Positions 27,920-37,355 of a stretch of 64,000 nucleotides of DNA are shown in pieces. The notes under the pieces were generated by a model that made no database searches, was not told where the DNA came from, and was given only the letters and a program-made list of their open reading frames with translations. The DNA comes from Candidatus Levyibacteriota bacterium (lineage in GTDB: Bacteria > Patescibacteriota > Microgenomatia > Levybacterales > UBA12049): assembly GCA_027459725.1 (NCBI GenBank), contig DAIDHK010000001.1:195411-259410 (forward strand). The letters are read 5' to 3'. The first letter of the stretch is position 1. Each line of letters starts with the position of its first letter. The translations under genes and the position numbers were made by a program.

Positions 27920-29724
27920 AATATAAAATATTGCTTTTCCTGATTGTAATACTCGCAGCCGTATTTCGTTTTCATGGTTTAAATTGGGATCAGGGAGAAC
28001 ATCTGCATCCAGACGAAAGAGCAATCGTAATGTATACATTACAGCTCCAATTCCCCAGTAGTATAAGTCAATTTTTTTCTATCCAAAGCCCTTGGAATCC
28101 TCACTTTTTTGCTTATGGTTCACTCCCGTTATATTTGCTTAAACTTACAAGTATGCTGTTTACAAATCTGGCTCCCTATTTAACTACCTATGATGGGATC
28201 AACCTTTTAGGAAGAGCAATCTCTGCAACTTTTGATCTTATTACCATCATCTTTATATACCTTTTAGGGAAGACCTTAAAAGGTTATAAAGAGGGTCTAA
28301 TGGCCGCATTCTTTTATTCAATAAGCGTTTTCCCTATTCAGACTTCTCATTTTTATGCAGTTGATACTCTGCTTACTTGCTTTATTACAATTACTATATA
28401 TCTTTTAATTAAATTCTATGCAAATCCAAGTTTACTTAAAGCAATACTCATAGGAACCAGTATAGCTTTTGCGATGGCAACTAAAATCAGCGCGACAGTT
28501 ATAGGCGTGTCGGTAATAATTACATTATTGGCAGATTTCTTTCTATTAATTGCAAATCATCCTTTTCATCCTAAAAAATGGTTATATCATCTTCCGAATT
28601 TTATCTTTAATTTATGTAAATATAGTTTGAGTATAGTTATTACTTTACTCGTTGTTTACTTCATATTAGAACCTTATGCTTTTATAGATTTTAATGATTT
28701 TATTAACCAGACCTTACAACAGGATGCCATGACAACTAATGCCTTCACTTTTCCTTATACTCTACAATATGTGGGAATACCACCATATTTCTATGAAATA
28801 AAAAATATTTTTTTGTGGGGACTTGGTCCTCTTCTTGCAATTTTGGCTTTTACAGGAACTCTATATGTAACTTATATCTCTTTACTAAAAATTGTTTTCC
28901 AATCTGAGAAACCATACAAATATAATTTGAGCTCAAATGAGAGAGTGTTATGGGCTAATGAACTTATAATATTAATCTTCTTCTGGGTATATTTTTTTAT
29001 TGTTGGTAAATTTGCCATTGGGTTTATGCGCTATATGCTCCCGCTCTATCCTCTACTTTGTCTCTTCGCCGCAATATTCTTGCAACATCTTATAGATATT
29101 TTAAAATATAAATATGTAAAGAAAATACATAAATCTATTTTTCTTACAGTACAGATTATTATTTTTATTTTGTTTTTGGTCTGGCCAATAAGTTTTATAC
29201 AAATCTATTCTCAACCAAATACCAGAGTACAGGCAACTGAATATATTAATCAGAATATTCCAGTGGGGACTGGAATTGCAGTAGAGCATTGGGATGACGA
29301 ATTACCTCTAGGAACTGCCTCTAATTATCAGATGCAAACCCTACCTCTTTATGATCCGGATACTCAGCAGAAATGGATAAGTATCATTAACCAGCTGCAA
29401 CAAGTACAATATCTCGTCATCGCTTCCAACCGTCTATATATCCCAATACAAAATTTAGGCAGCTGTAAGAAATATCCTTTTCCACACTGCTACCCAGTTG
29501 CGAGTATATATTATAAAAATTTGTTCGCAGGTAAACCTCTTCTCCAAAACACACCTTATGCGAATACTCCTGGCGCAAGAAATTTAGTTTTTAAAGAAAT
29601 TAAACAATTTTTGGTTACTCCTCAGATTCCTATATTAAATATCCCCATCAATGACCAATCAGCCGATGAGTCATTCACCGTTTATGATCACCCCAAAGTT
29701 ATGATATTTAAAAAAGTTTCATGA
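27916..29724 (+). CDS. GT-C fold glycosyltransferase (paralog of the upstream gene)
   Basis: RFHGLNWDQG.HLHPDER, NPHFFAYGSLP, EHWDD.LP, ADESFTVYDHP.V.IF. Confidence 0.85.
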   Translation: MKYKILLFLIVILAAVFRFHGLNWDQGEHLHPDERAIVMYTLQLQFPSSISQFFSIQSPWNPHFFAYGSLPLYLLKLTSMLFTNLAPYLTTYDGINLLGRAISATFDLITIIFIYLLGKTLKGYKEGLMAAFFYSISVFPIQTSHFYAVDTLLTCFITITIYLLIKFYANPSLLKAILIGTSIAFAMATKISATVIGVSVIITLLADFFLLIANHPFHPKKWLYHLPNFIFNLCKYSLSIVITLLVVYFILEPYAFIDFNDFINQTLQQDAMTTNAFTFPYTLQYVGIPPYFYEIKNIFLWGLGPLLAILAFTGTLYVTYISLLKIVFQSEKPYKYNLSSNERVLWANELIILIFFWVYFFIVGKFAIGFMRYMLPLYPLLCLFAAIFLQHLIDILKYKYVKKIHKSIFLTVQIIIFILFLVWPISFIQIYSQPNTRVQATEYINQNIPVGTGIAVEHWDDELPLGTASNYQMQTLPLYDPDTQQKWISIINQLQQVQYLVIASNRLYIPIQNLGSCKKYPFPHCYPVASIYYKNLFAGKPLLQNTPYANTPGARNLVFKEIKQFLVTPQIPILNIPINDQSADESFTVYDHPKVMIFKKVS

Positions 29725-31238
29725 CAATATTTTTTAATAAATACATTATACTACTCTCAATTATTTTATTAGGAGCATTTTTGCGTCTGTATAATTTATC
29801 TAACGATCCAGCTGGATTTTTTTGTGACGAGGCTTCAATTGGCTATAATGCATATAGCATATTAACAACTGGTAAAGATGAATATGGTGTTTCTTATCCT
29901 GTTTTCTTTCAATCATTCGGGGACTATCGACCCCCTTTAGCGATCTATTCAACAATTCCTTTCATTATCTTATTTGGATTAAATGAATTTAGCACTAGAT
30001 TACCATCAGTAGCTTATGGACTAATAACAATCGTTGTTATGTATTTCCTTGGAAAAGAAATTAGCTATAACAAAGGTAATTCTTTTGGATTACTTGTTGC
30101 TTTTATAACTGCAACAATGCCTTGGCTTATTCACTATAACAGAACTGGCTTCGAATTTACCATCTATGTAGCTTTCTTTACGATAACAGAGCTTTTATTA
30201 TTAAAATCAGTATCTAGTAAAACATATATTGTACCTGCTTTTACGATTGCGGCTTTAACTCTTTATACATATCAACCAGCCAGACTATTAGTACCATTAT
30301 TGCTAACTGGATTCATTCTTATCCATAAAAAATTATTTTTGTTCCACAAAAAAAACACAAGCGCAGGCTTATTAACTTTCTTTATTTTAAGTCTGCCGCT
30401 TGTATTTAGCTTCTTTAATGGTCAAGGTTTTGCCCGTTTTAACATGGTCTCTGTATTTTCAGCGAATTTAACATTTGAGAAAACCATTCTGCTTATTATT
30501 CAAAATTATTTTATACAACTTTCTCCTTCCTATTTTATTTCAGGCGAGCCCACTTTTATAACACGTCACTTTGTTGGAGGATTAACTCCACTGCTTATTT
30601 CAACTCTTCCGTTTGCACTTATCGGAATCATCCATACATTTGTTAAACTTAAAGATAATAAAAATTCACAATTGCTCATGTTTTTACTTCTTATTTATCC
30701 AATAGCAGGCGCAGTTACTGCTAACGCTCCATTTACAAGTCGTTCTGTTATCGGAGCTCCCTTATTTGCAATTTTTATTAGTATAGGTATCATACAGACT
30801 ATATTACACACAAAAGGGTTTATTCAAAGTTACTTTTTTACTTCTGCAATCATTGTTGTTATTCTGTTAAACTTGATATTTTTTATAAAATTTTATATTT
30901 ATCAGTATCCTTTATATTCTGCGGATTTCTGGGGTTGGCAATATGGTGCCAAAGATATAGTTACTTATTTTTCTCAACACGAGAAACACTATGATCAACT
31001 TGTCATGGCTCCCGAGTTTAATGCTCCAGAAATTTTCTTCAAGTTTTATGCACCTAATGACTGTCAAAAATGCATGATCGGCACTCCTGACACCTTATAT
31101 AATGCAAAACTGAAACAAATCTTTGCAGTGACCCCTTCTTATTTACTTTCTCATCCTCAATATCATTTCAGAACTTTGAAAAATGTTATTTATCCAAACA
31201 AAACTATTGCTTTTGAAATAGGTAAAATTGTACAATAG
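29721..31238 (+). CDS. GT39/ArnT-like membrane glycosyltransferase
   Basis: LRLY.L...P.GF.CDEA..GYNAYSIL.TGKDEYG, FGLNEF.TRLP, WQYG. Confidence 0.85.
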   Translation: MTIFFNKYIILLSIILLGAFLRLYNLSNDPAGFFCDEASIGYNAYSILTTGKDEYGVSYPVFFQSFGDYRPPLAIYSTIPFIILFGLNEFSTRLPSVAYGLITIVVMYFLGKEISYNKGNSFGLLVAFITATMPWLIHYNRTGFEFTIYVAFFTITELLLLKSVSSKTYIVPAFTIAALTLYTYQPARLLVPLLLTGFILIHKKLFLFHKKNTSAGLLTFFILSLPLVFSFFNGQGFARFNMVSVFSANLTFEKTILLIIQNYFIQLSPSYFISGEPTFITRHFVGGLTPLLISTLPFALIGIIHTFVKLKDNKNSQLLMFLLLIYPIAGAVTANAPFTSRSVIGAPLFAIFISIGIIQTILHTKGFIQSYFFTSAIIVVILLNLIFFIKFYIYQYPLYSADFWGWQYGAKDIVTYFSQHEKHYDQLVMAPEFNAPEIFFKFYAPNDCQKCMIGTPDTLYNAKLKQIFAVTPSYLLSHPQYHFRTLKNVIYPNKTIAFEIGKIVQ

Positions 31239-31310
31239 AACCAGTTAATCAATAGAAAATATCTATCTGCCCAATATATCTTCTGTGTAATTATTAACTT
31301 GAAATCATCT

Positions 31311-32351
31311 ATGAGAAAAACAAAAGTATTCATCACTGGAGGCACAGGTTTTTTAGGAGTACATCTTGCTAGAAGATTTTTAAAAGCCAGATGGGAAGTT
31401 ACTTTATACGATATTGCAGATTTAGATGCTCAGGATCTGATTGGAAAAGTAAAATTTATAAAAGGAGATGTAACTAATAAGACTACGCTTTTAAAAGCCA
31501 TGAGAGATCACGATTATGTCGTGCACACTGCTGCTGCACTACCTATCCAAGTTGAAAAAGATATAATTTTTCATATTAATATCGATGGTACTGAAAATAC
31601 GCTTTCATCAGCTTTAAAAAATAAAATTAAAAGATTAGTCTTTATCTCCTCTACCTCAGTTTATGGTGTACCAAAATACTTACCAGAAACAGAAAACAGC
31701 CCACTAGATCCAATTGGCTGGTATGGTATTTCTAAAATTGAAGGTGAAAGATTGTGTAAAGAATATATGCAAAAAGGTCTACAAGTTAATATAATACGTC
31801 CCAAAACTTTCCTGGGTATTGAAAGATTAGGTGTTTTTTCCTTATGGTTTGAAGCAATTTATAACAGTCGTCGTTTATATATTTTAGGTAAGGGAAATAA
31901 TAAATATCAATTACTGGCAGTTACAGATGTAGTTGAAGCAATTTATAAAGCTCTCATCAGCAAGGCTCATAATGAAATTTTCAACGTGGGAGCAAAACAA
32001 TATGGTACCTGGAAAAGTGATTTGGGATATGTGATAAAACAAAGCAAATCGCATGCTAAAATTACGGGACTTCCAGTACTAACATCTCAGTTTATACTAA
32101 GCATTTTAGAAGGACTAAATCTGTCTCCAATAGCTGCATGGCATTATAAAACTATGCCGGTAAATTCTTATGTGTCTATATCCAAAGCGGAAAAACTACT
32201 TAATTGGCATCCTAAAAAGTCAAATAAAGAACTCTTTTTAGAAAGCTATAACTGGTACAAAAACCATAGAGACGAAATTATTAACAAAAAAGGTAATACT
32301 CATAGAGTTAACTGGAACTTCAAAATACTGGATATAGTCTCAAAATTATAA
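31311..32351 (+). CDS. NAD-dependent epimerase/dehydratase (extended SDR)
   Basis: ITGGTGFLG, HTAA, ISSTSVYG, YGISK catalytic YxxxK. Confidence 0.9.
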   Translation: MRKTKVFITGGTGFLGVHLARRFLKARWEVTLYDIADLDAQDLIGKVKFIKGDVTNKTTLLKAMRDHDYVVHTAAALPIQVEKDIIFHINIDGTENTLSSALKNKIKRLVFISSTSVYGVPKYLPETENSPLDPIGWYGISKIEGERLCKEYMQKGLQVNIIRPKTFLGIERLGVFSLWFEAIYNSRRLYILGKGNNKYQLLAVTDVVEAIYKALISKAHNEIFNVGAKQYGTWKSDLGYVIKQSKSHAKITGLPVLTSQFILSILEGLNLSPIAAWHYKTMPVNSYVSISKAEKLLNWHPKKSNKELFLESYNWYKNHRDEIINKKGNTHRVNWNFKILDIVSKL

Positions 32352-32458
32352 GTTTGAAAGGAGTTAAAGCTAACTATTTTAACCCCTTTATCAACAAGTG
32401 TGCTGCCTTCTATCGCTTGTCTGAATCATATAGAATACTTTATACTTAATATTAAATT

Positions 32459-32998
32459 ATGAATTTAGGTTTTGATCTAGACAAAGTGTTCGTTGACTAC
32501 CCGCCGCTGATTCCAGATAGTGTACTGAATCATCTCTACAAGAAAAAAGCCAATGGTGCTTTAATCTATAGAATTCCTTCTCACCCAGAACAGATTTTAC
32601 GCAGTCTGATTCATCTTCCAGTCCTCAGACCTAAAATTAAGAAAAATATCGAATTTTTAGAATCAATCTCAAAAAAAGAACATAAGCTTTATCTAATTTC
32701 AAGTAGATTCAGATTCTTAGAGAAGACAACTAATAAGCTAACAAAAAAGCATGGTTTTGATAGGATATTTGACGAAATGTATTTTAATTATTCTAATAAA
32801 CAGCCACACTTATTTAAGGATGAAATTTTAAAAAAGCTAAAGATAGATCGATATGTAGATGATGATTTCCATTTGTTAAAATATGTCGCGAAGACAAATA
32901 AACATACTCAGTTCTATTGGTTAAATCCTCAGAGAAAAACACATATGCTAACCAGAAATATTACTGCCATATCCAATTTAGCAGAAATGCTTAAATAA
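32459..32998 (+). CDS. HAD-superfamily hydrolase
   Basis: GFDLDKV (motif I), LISSR (motif II), FK (III), YVDDD (IV). Confidence 0.7.
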   Translation: MNLGFDLDKVFVDYPPLIPDSVLNHLYKKKANGALIYRIPSHPEQILRSLIHLPVLRPKIKKNIEFLESISKKEHKLYLISSRFRFLEKTTNKLTKKHGFDRIFDEMYFNYSNKQPHLFKDEILKKLKIDRYVDDDFHLLKYVAKTNKHTQFYWLNPQRKTHMLTRNITAISNLAEMLK

Positions 32999-33006
32999 CA
33001 TAAAAT

Positions 33007-35331
33007 ATGCCATTTTCAGATTTTGTTAACTTATTATTGTGGTGGTTTATTATCTTTGTAATTGGGATCACCTTTCTGCCGATAGCACAAAAGATTTTCA
33101 GGGATTTTTTTGACAAAGGCTATATCTTTAGTAAAATTCTCGGGTTTGCTATCTTAAGTTATATAATCTTTGTGTCAGGAATCATTCATTTACTGCCCTT
33201 TTCAGGTATTAATAGTTGGTTTATATTAATTCTGATCTTTATTTTTTTACGAGTTAGCTGGAAAAGGAAAGAGGGTAAATTAATCATACATAAAAACCTT
33301 CTTCTGCTTAATAACGGACGTTGGAAAAGTGCATTCTTTGAAGAAATAATTTTTTTTATTTCCCTTTATAGCTGGTCATATATAAGAGGCACTAATCCTG
33401 ATATCCACGGTCTGGAAAAATTTATGGACTTTGGATTTGTGAATTCTATCTTAAGATCGACCTATTTTCCTCCCAGAGATATTTGGTTTACTCCTTTACC
33501 CATAAATTATTACTACTTCGGTCATCTGGTAACTGCAGTATTAACTAAGTTGACATCTATCCCTTCAAATATAACATTTAACCTGATGATCGCTACTCTT
33601 TTTGCTATAAGTTTCAGTGCAGCTTTTTCAATTGGCGGAAATTTAATTTATCTTAATCGAAAACAAGTATTTACTAAATTGATCATAGTGGGAGGGTTAT
33701 TAAGTGCATTTCTAGTAACTTTAGGTGGTAATTTACACATAATATACGCTTTTTTCAGCCCATATCCCAATGACAGTCCAGTACCTCCATGGCAGTTAAC
33801 TTTTCAACCTTTTCTTTTCCCCAATAACTATTGGTATCCTAATGCCACTCGTTTTATTTATCATACTATACATGAGTTCCCTATATATTCATGGGTAGTA
33901 TCGGATCTACATGGTCATGTTTTAGATATCCCATTCGCCCTAACTACTATAGCTGTTCTACTGAGCTTTTTCTACAGACAAGAAACATCCAAACATCTAA
34001 CAAAAGGTTCTAACATCTCATTTGTAAGTAAAATATCAGACTTCATTACTAAAAACTTTACAAATACTTTCTTAAACTTATCGGATCTTTTTCTTATAGG
34101 ATTTCTATTAGCAGTAATGTATATGACTAATGCGTGGGACGGTGGTATTTATTTATTATTAACGGCACTGGTTTTTTTCTTTCTGCAATTAAGACAAGCA
34201 TCTACTATAAAAAAATGGGGAGACAGAATATGGAGTATGCAAGATGTAATTTATCCCTTAATTGCCATTGGAATCTTATTTTTTATCTTTGCCTTACCAT
34301 TCTCTATATTTTTCGACCCTTCTCAACTTGTACATGGTATCGGTATCATGTGTGCTCCTAACTTTTTAACTAAGATAGGGCATATAGGTCCATTTTTATT
34401 TGAACCAAATCATTGCCAACGATCCCCCTGGTGGCAGCTGCTTATCTTATATGGTTTTTTTGTTTTCTTTGTTATCTCATTTTTATTTATGTTATTGAAT
34501 AAGAGATTTCAACGCCAGGATGTAAATGAACCATATCTGCAAAATGCATTCTCCTATAAGCCAAACTCGATGACAGATATATTTATCCTCTGTCTGATTA
34601 TTCTCTCTCTATTCCTTATTGCCGTACCAGAATTCGCGTATGTCAAAGACATTTATCCTACTTATTATCGAGCCAATACCATGTTTAAATTAGTATTTCA
34701 GGCATTTATTATGCTTTCTTTATCAAGTGGATATATTTTATACCGTTTTTCTCAATGGTTTCGGTATGTCATCAAAAAACGTTTACTTAAATTAAGTTTG
34801 ATTTTGACTATTTGGTTTTCCAGCGCACTCTTTCTTGTAGGACTCGTTGCTCTTTATCCATATCTGGCAATAAACTCATATTATAATAATTTACAAACCT
34901 ATCATGGTTTAGATGGGACCACCTATCTAAAAACCCTATATCCTACCGACTATGTTGCCATACAATGGATAAATAAGAATATAAAAGGACAACCGGTAAT
35001 TTTGGAGGCGCAGGGAGACTCGTATACTGACTATGCCCGGGTATCTTCAAATACCGGACTTCCAACGGTTCTAGGCTGGACCGTACATGAATGGCTCTGG
35101 CGTGGTAGTTACAGTATTCCTGCACCAAGAATTACTGATGTACAAACTATGTATGAATCAACTGATTTAAATCAAGTAAAACAACTACTAGAAAAATATC
35201 ATGTTGAATATGTATTCGTAGGAGATCTGGAAAGACAGAAATATCCGACTATGACAGAAAGTATATTCAAACAATTAGGGAAAATTGTCTTTAAAGATGG
35301 GAATACAAGAATCTACAAATTAGACCTTTAA
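33007..35331 (+). CDS. DUF2298 / YYY-domain membrane protein (putative GT-C)
   Basis: EKFMDFGF.NS.LRS..FPP.D.W, INYYYFGH, IHEFP, DLHGH, RANTMFK, GLPTVLGW.VHE..WR. Confidence 0.88.
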   Translation: MPFSDFVNLLLWWFIIFVIGITFLPIAQKIFRDFFDKGYIFSKILGFAILSYIIFVSGIIHLLPFSGINSWFILILIFIFLRVSWKRKEGKLIIHKNLLLLNNGRWKSAFFEEIIFFISLYSWSYIRGTNPDIHGLEKFMDFGFVNSILRSTYFPPRDIWFTPLPINYYYFGHLVTAVLTKLTSIPSNITFNLMIATLFAISFSAAFSIGGNLIYLNRKQVFTKLIIVGGLLSAFLVTLGGNLHIIYAFFSPYPNDSPVPPWQLTFQPFLFPNNYWYPNATRFIYHTIHEFPIYSWVVSDLHGHVLDIPFALTTIAVLLSFFYRQETSKHLTKGSNISFVSKISDFITKNFTNTFLNLSDLFLIGFLLAVMYMTNAWDGGIYLLLTALVFFFLQLRQASTIKKWGDRIWSMQDVIYPLIAIGILFFIFALPFSIFFDPSQLVHGIGIMCAPNFLTKIGHIGPFLFEPNHCQRSPWWQLLILYGFFVFFVISFLFMLLNKRFQRQDVNEPYLQNAFSYKPNSMTDIFILCLIILSLFLIAVPEFAYVKDIYPTYYRANTMFKLVFQAFIMLSLSSGYILYRFSQWFRYVIKKRLLKLSLILTIWFSSALFLVGLVALYPYLAINSYYNNLQTYHGLDGTTYLKTLYPTDYVAIQWINKNIKGQPVILEAQGDSYTDYARVSSNTGLPTVLGWTVHEWLWRGSYSIPAPRITDVQTMYESTDLNQVKQLLEKYHVEYVFVGDLERQKYPTMTESIFKQLGKIVFKDGNTRIYKLDL

Positions 35332-35373
35332 GACCTAAACATATACAAGAATATTAGATTATATATTCCTATT

Positions 35374-36534
35374 TTACATTGAAATGGTAGGAGTTAACTT
35401 CTTCTTAACTTCAGTTGTAGGATTGGGAGTAGGGGTGGGACAGCCAATATTCTGAACCTTACAAGCGACAAATTCATGTATTTGAGTGTAATTACCATAA
35501 CCTGCCCTGGGTTCAAGGACATATGCACCACCAAAATCATTAGGATTTCCTTGTACCAATAGATTACCCTGATCTGTAGGATCATCTGAATAATCAATAA
35601 CATAGCTGTGGATTTTAGCCGATTTCAGCTGTTGAGCAAGTTTAATAAAATCAGGAATTTCACTGGTACTAATATCGGTGTCAATGCTTTCTTTTACGAT
35701 ATTAAATAAAGCAATCATCTTATCGGGATTTAGAAGAGTTCCTGTAGAAAGTAACTTTGTTCTAATAGCTTCAATAATCTCTTGCTGCCTCGCTGATCTC
35801 GCAAAATCAGTTCCTTCAACCCCCATAGCATGTCTGGAACGTGCAAATTCTAATGCCAGTTGGCCATCCATATGGACCAAACCAGCCGGTACATGCAAAT
35901 GCATGTACCTACACGGAAATGCCTGTGGATCAGTAGCACTACCGGTAGCCTCCTGGGCAGTTAGATCAATGATTTCCTGTGGAGTATGGCCACATGTAGC
36001 ATCAGTCATGGAATCAATAGGATATGCATAGTCATCAAGAGTCCGGGCAACGTGTACATCAACTCCACCAATTTCGTTAACTGCTTTCACGAAACCATTA
36101 AAATCAATACGTAAAGCATAATCAATTGGTTGTCCTATAACTTTACTTACGATATCTTTCGCTGCAGCTAAACCTGATCCTACCTGATTCTGTTCAGCTA
36201 AAGCATAGGTAGCATTAATCTTCTGATTAATTGCCGGGTTCCATAAATCTCTTGGCACAGATACTAAATCAATTGTATTATGATTTACATCTACGCTGGC
36301 AAATTGAATCGTATCAGTTAATAATGGTCCATCATGATTGCCACCTCCGATACCTAAAAGTAAGAAAGTTATCCGATGATCTGGAGTAGTTTTTTGTATA
36401 TGAATTCCCGGTTTACTATACTGCACAAAGAAAGGTAAAAGATAGCCAACTATCAAAGCAATAACAGCAAAAAAAGCTACTACGATAATTAACCCCATGA
36501 ATTTGGCAAAACTATTTCTACGACGGCGATGCAT
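35374..36534 (-). CDS. LCP (LytR-CpsA-Psr) family phosphotransferase
   Basis: LTDTI, SVPRD, KINA, IDF.GF..AVN.IGGV, FARSRH, DFARS.RQQ. Confidence 0.92.
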   Translation of the reverse strand: MHRRRRNSFAKFMGLIIVVAFFAVIALIVGYLLPFFVQYSKPGIHIQKTTPDHRITFLLLGIGGGNHDGPLLTDTIQFASVDVNHNTIDLVSVPRDLWNPAINQKINATYALAEQNQVGSGLAAAKDIVSKVIGQPIDYALRIDFNGFVKAVNEIGGVDVHVARTLDDYAYPIDSMTDATCGHTPQEIIDLTAQEATGSATDPQAFPCRYMHLHVPAGLVHMDGQLALEFARSRHAMGVEGTDFARSARQQEIIEAIRTKLLSTGTLLNPDKMIALFNIVKESIDTDISTSEIPDFIKLAQQLKSAKIHSYVIDYSDDPTDQGNLLVQGNPNDFGGAYVLEPRAGYGNYTQIHEFVACKVQNIGCPTPTPNPTTEVKKKLTPTISM

Positions 36535-36589
36535 ATTAGATTAATAAGTATTTAGTATAAAGGATTGACTAAGAATAAACAAACAACTT

Positions 36590-37279
36590 TTAAGAGTTTT
36601 TAACTATTTCGTAGAAACTGTCAGCCTTCAAACTTGCACCTCCTACTAGCACTCCACTGATATAGATTTGGCTAGTAAAGACCTTTACATTCTCGCCCTT
36701 GACACTTCCTCCATATAATACGGGCACATCTCCTACAATATTTTTTAACTGTTTTCCAAAATCATCGGCATGCTCAGGTGTATCTGGAATTCCTGACCCT
36801 ATAGCTTGTAATGGTTCATAGGCAATAATTATTTGTCCCGGACTAAAAATATTTTTGATATTTTCTCTTTGACTATCAATTTCTTCAAGTTTAGAGATAC
36901 ATAATATAGGAGTTAGATTATGCTTCCTTGCATGAATCAATTTGGATCCAATTGATTCTTCCGACTCACCCATCGCTCGTCGTTCAGAATGACCAATTAT
37001 TACATAATCTACTATGTCTTTCAACATTTCTCCCGTTTCTTCGCCTGTATGTGCTCCCTGAGGAAAACGAGAAATATTTTGCGCACCCAAACTTATCATT
37101 AAATCATTCTGTTCAATTAATGCTCTTACTTGTATGAGTGAAGTAAAAGGGGGACAGACTATAATTTTTTTTAACTCATCATTTTTAATTTGTAAACTTA
37201 AGAATTTAAACTGCTCTGTCCAGTCTTTAACGACAACATTATTTGCTTTCCAATTCGCAACAATAAAAATCTGTTTCAT
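36590..37279 (-). CDS. tpiA: Triosephosphate isomerase
   Basis: ANWK, GAHTGE, IGHSERR, AYEP..AIG.G, YGGSV, LVGGASL. Confidence 0.97.
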   Translation of the reverse strand: MKQIFIVANWKANNVVVKDWTEQFKFLSLQIKNDELKKIIVCPPFTSLIQVRALIEQNDLMISLGAQNISRFPQGAHTGEETGEMLKDIVDYVIIGHSERRAMGESEESIGSKLIHARKHNLTPILCISKLEEIDSQRENIKNIFSPGQIIIAYEPLQAIGSGIPDTPEHADDFGKQLKNIVGDVPVLYGGSVKGENVKVFTSQIYISGVLVGGASLKADSFYEIVKNS

Positions 37280-37355
37280 TGTGATAGAATACTATAGATA
37301 ATCCAACTAACTGCTCAAGCCTCGAATAGTTGTCGAATTATCAATATTATAGCGT

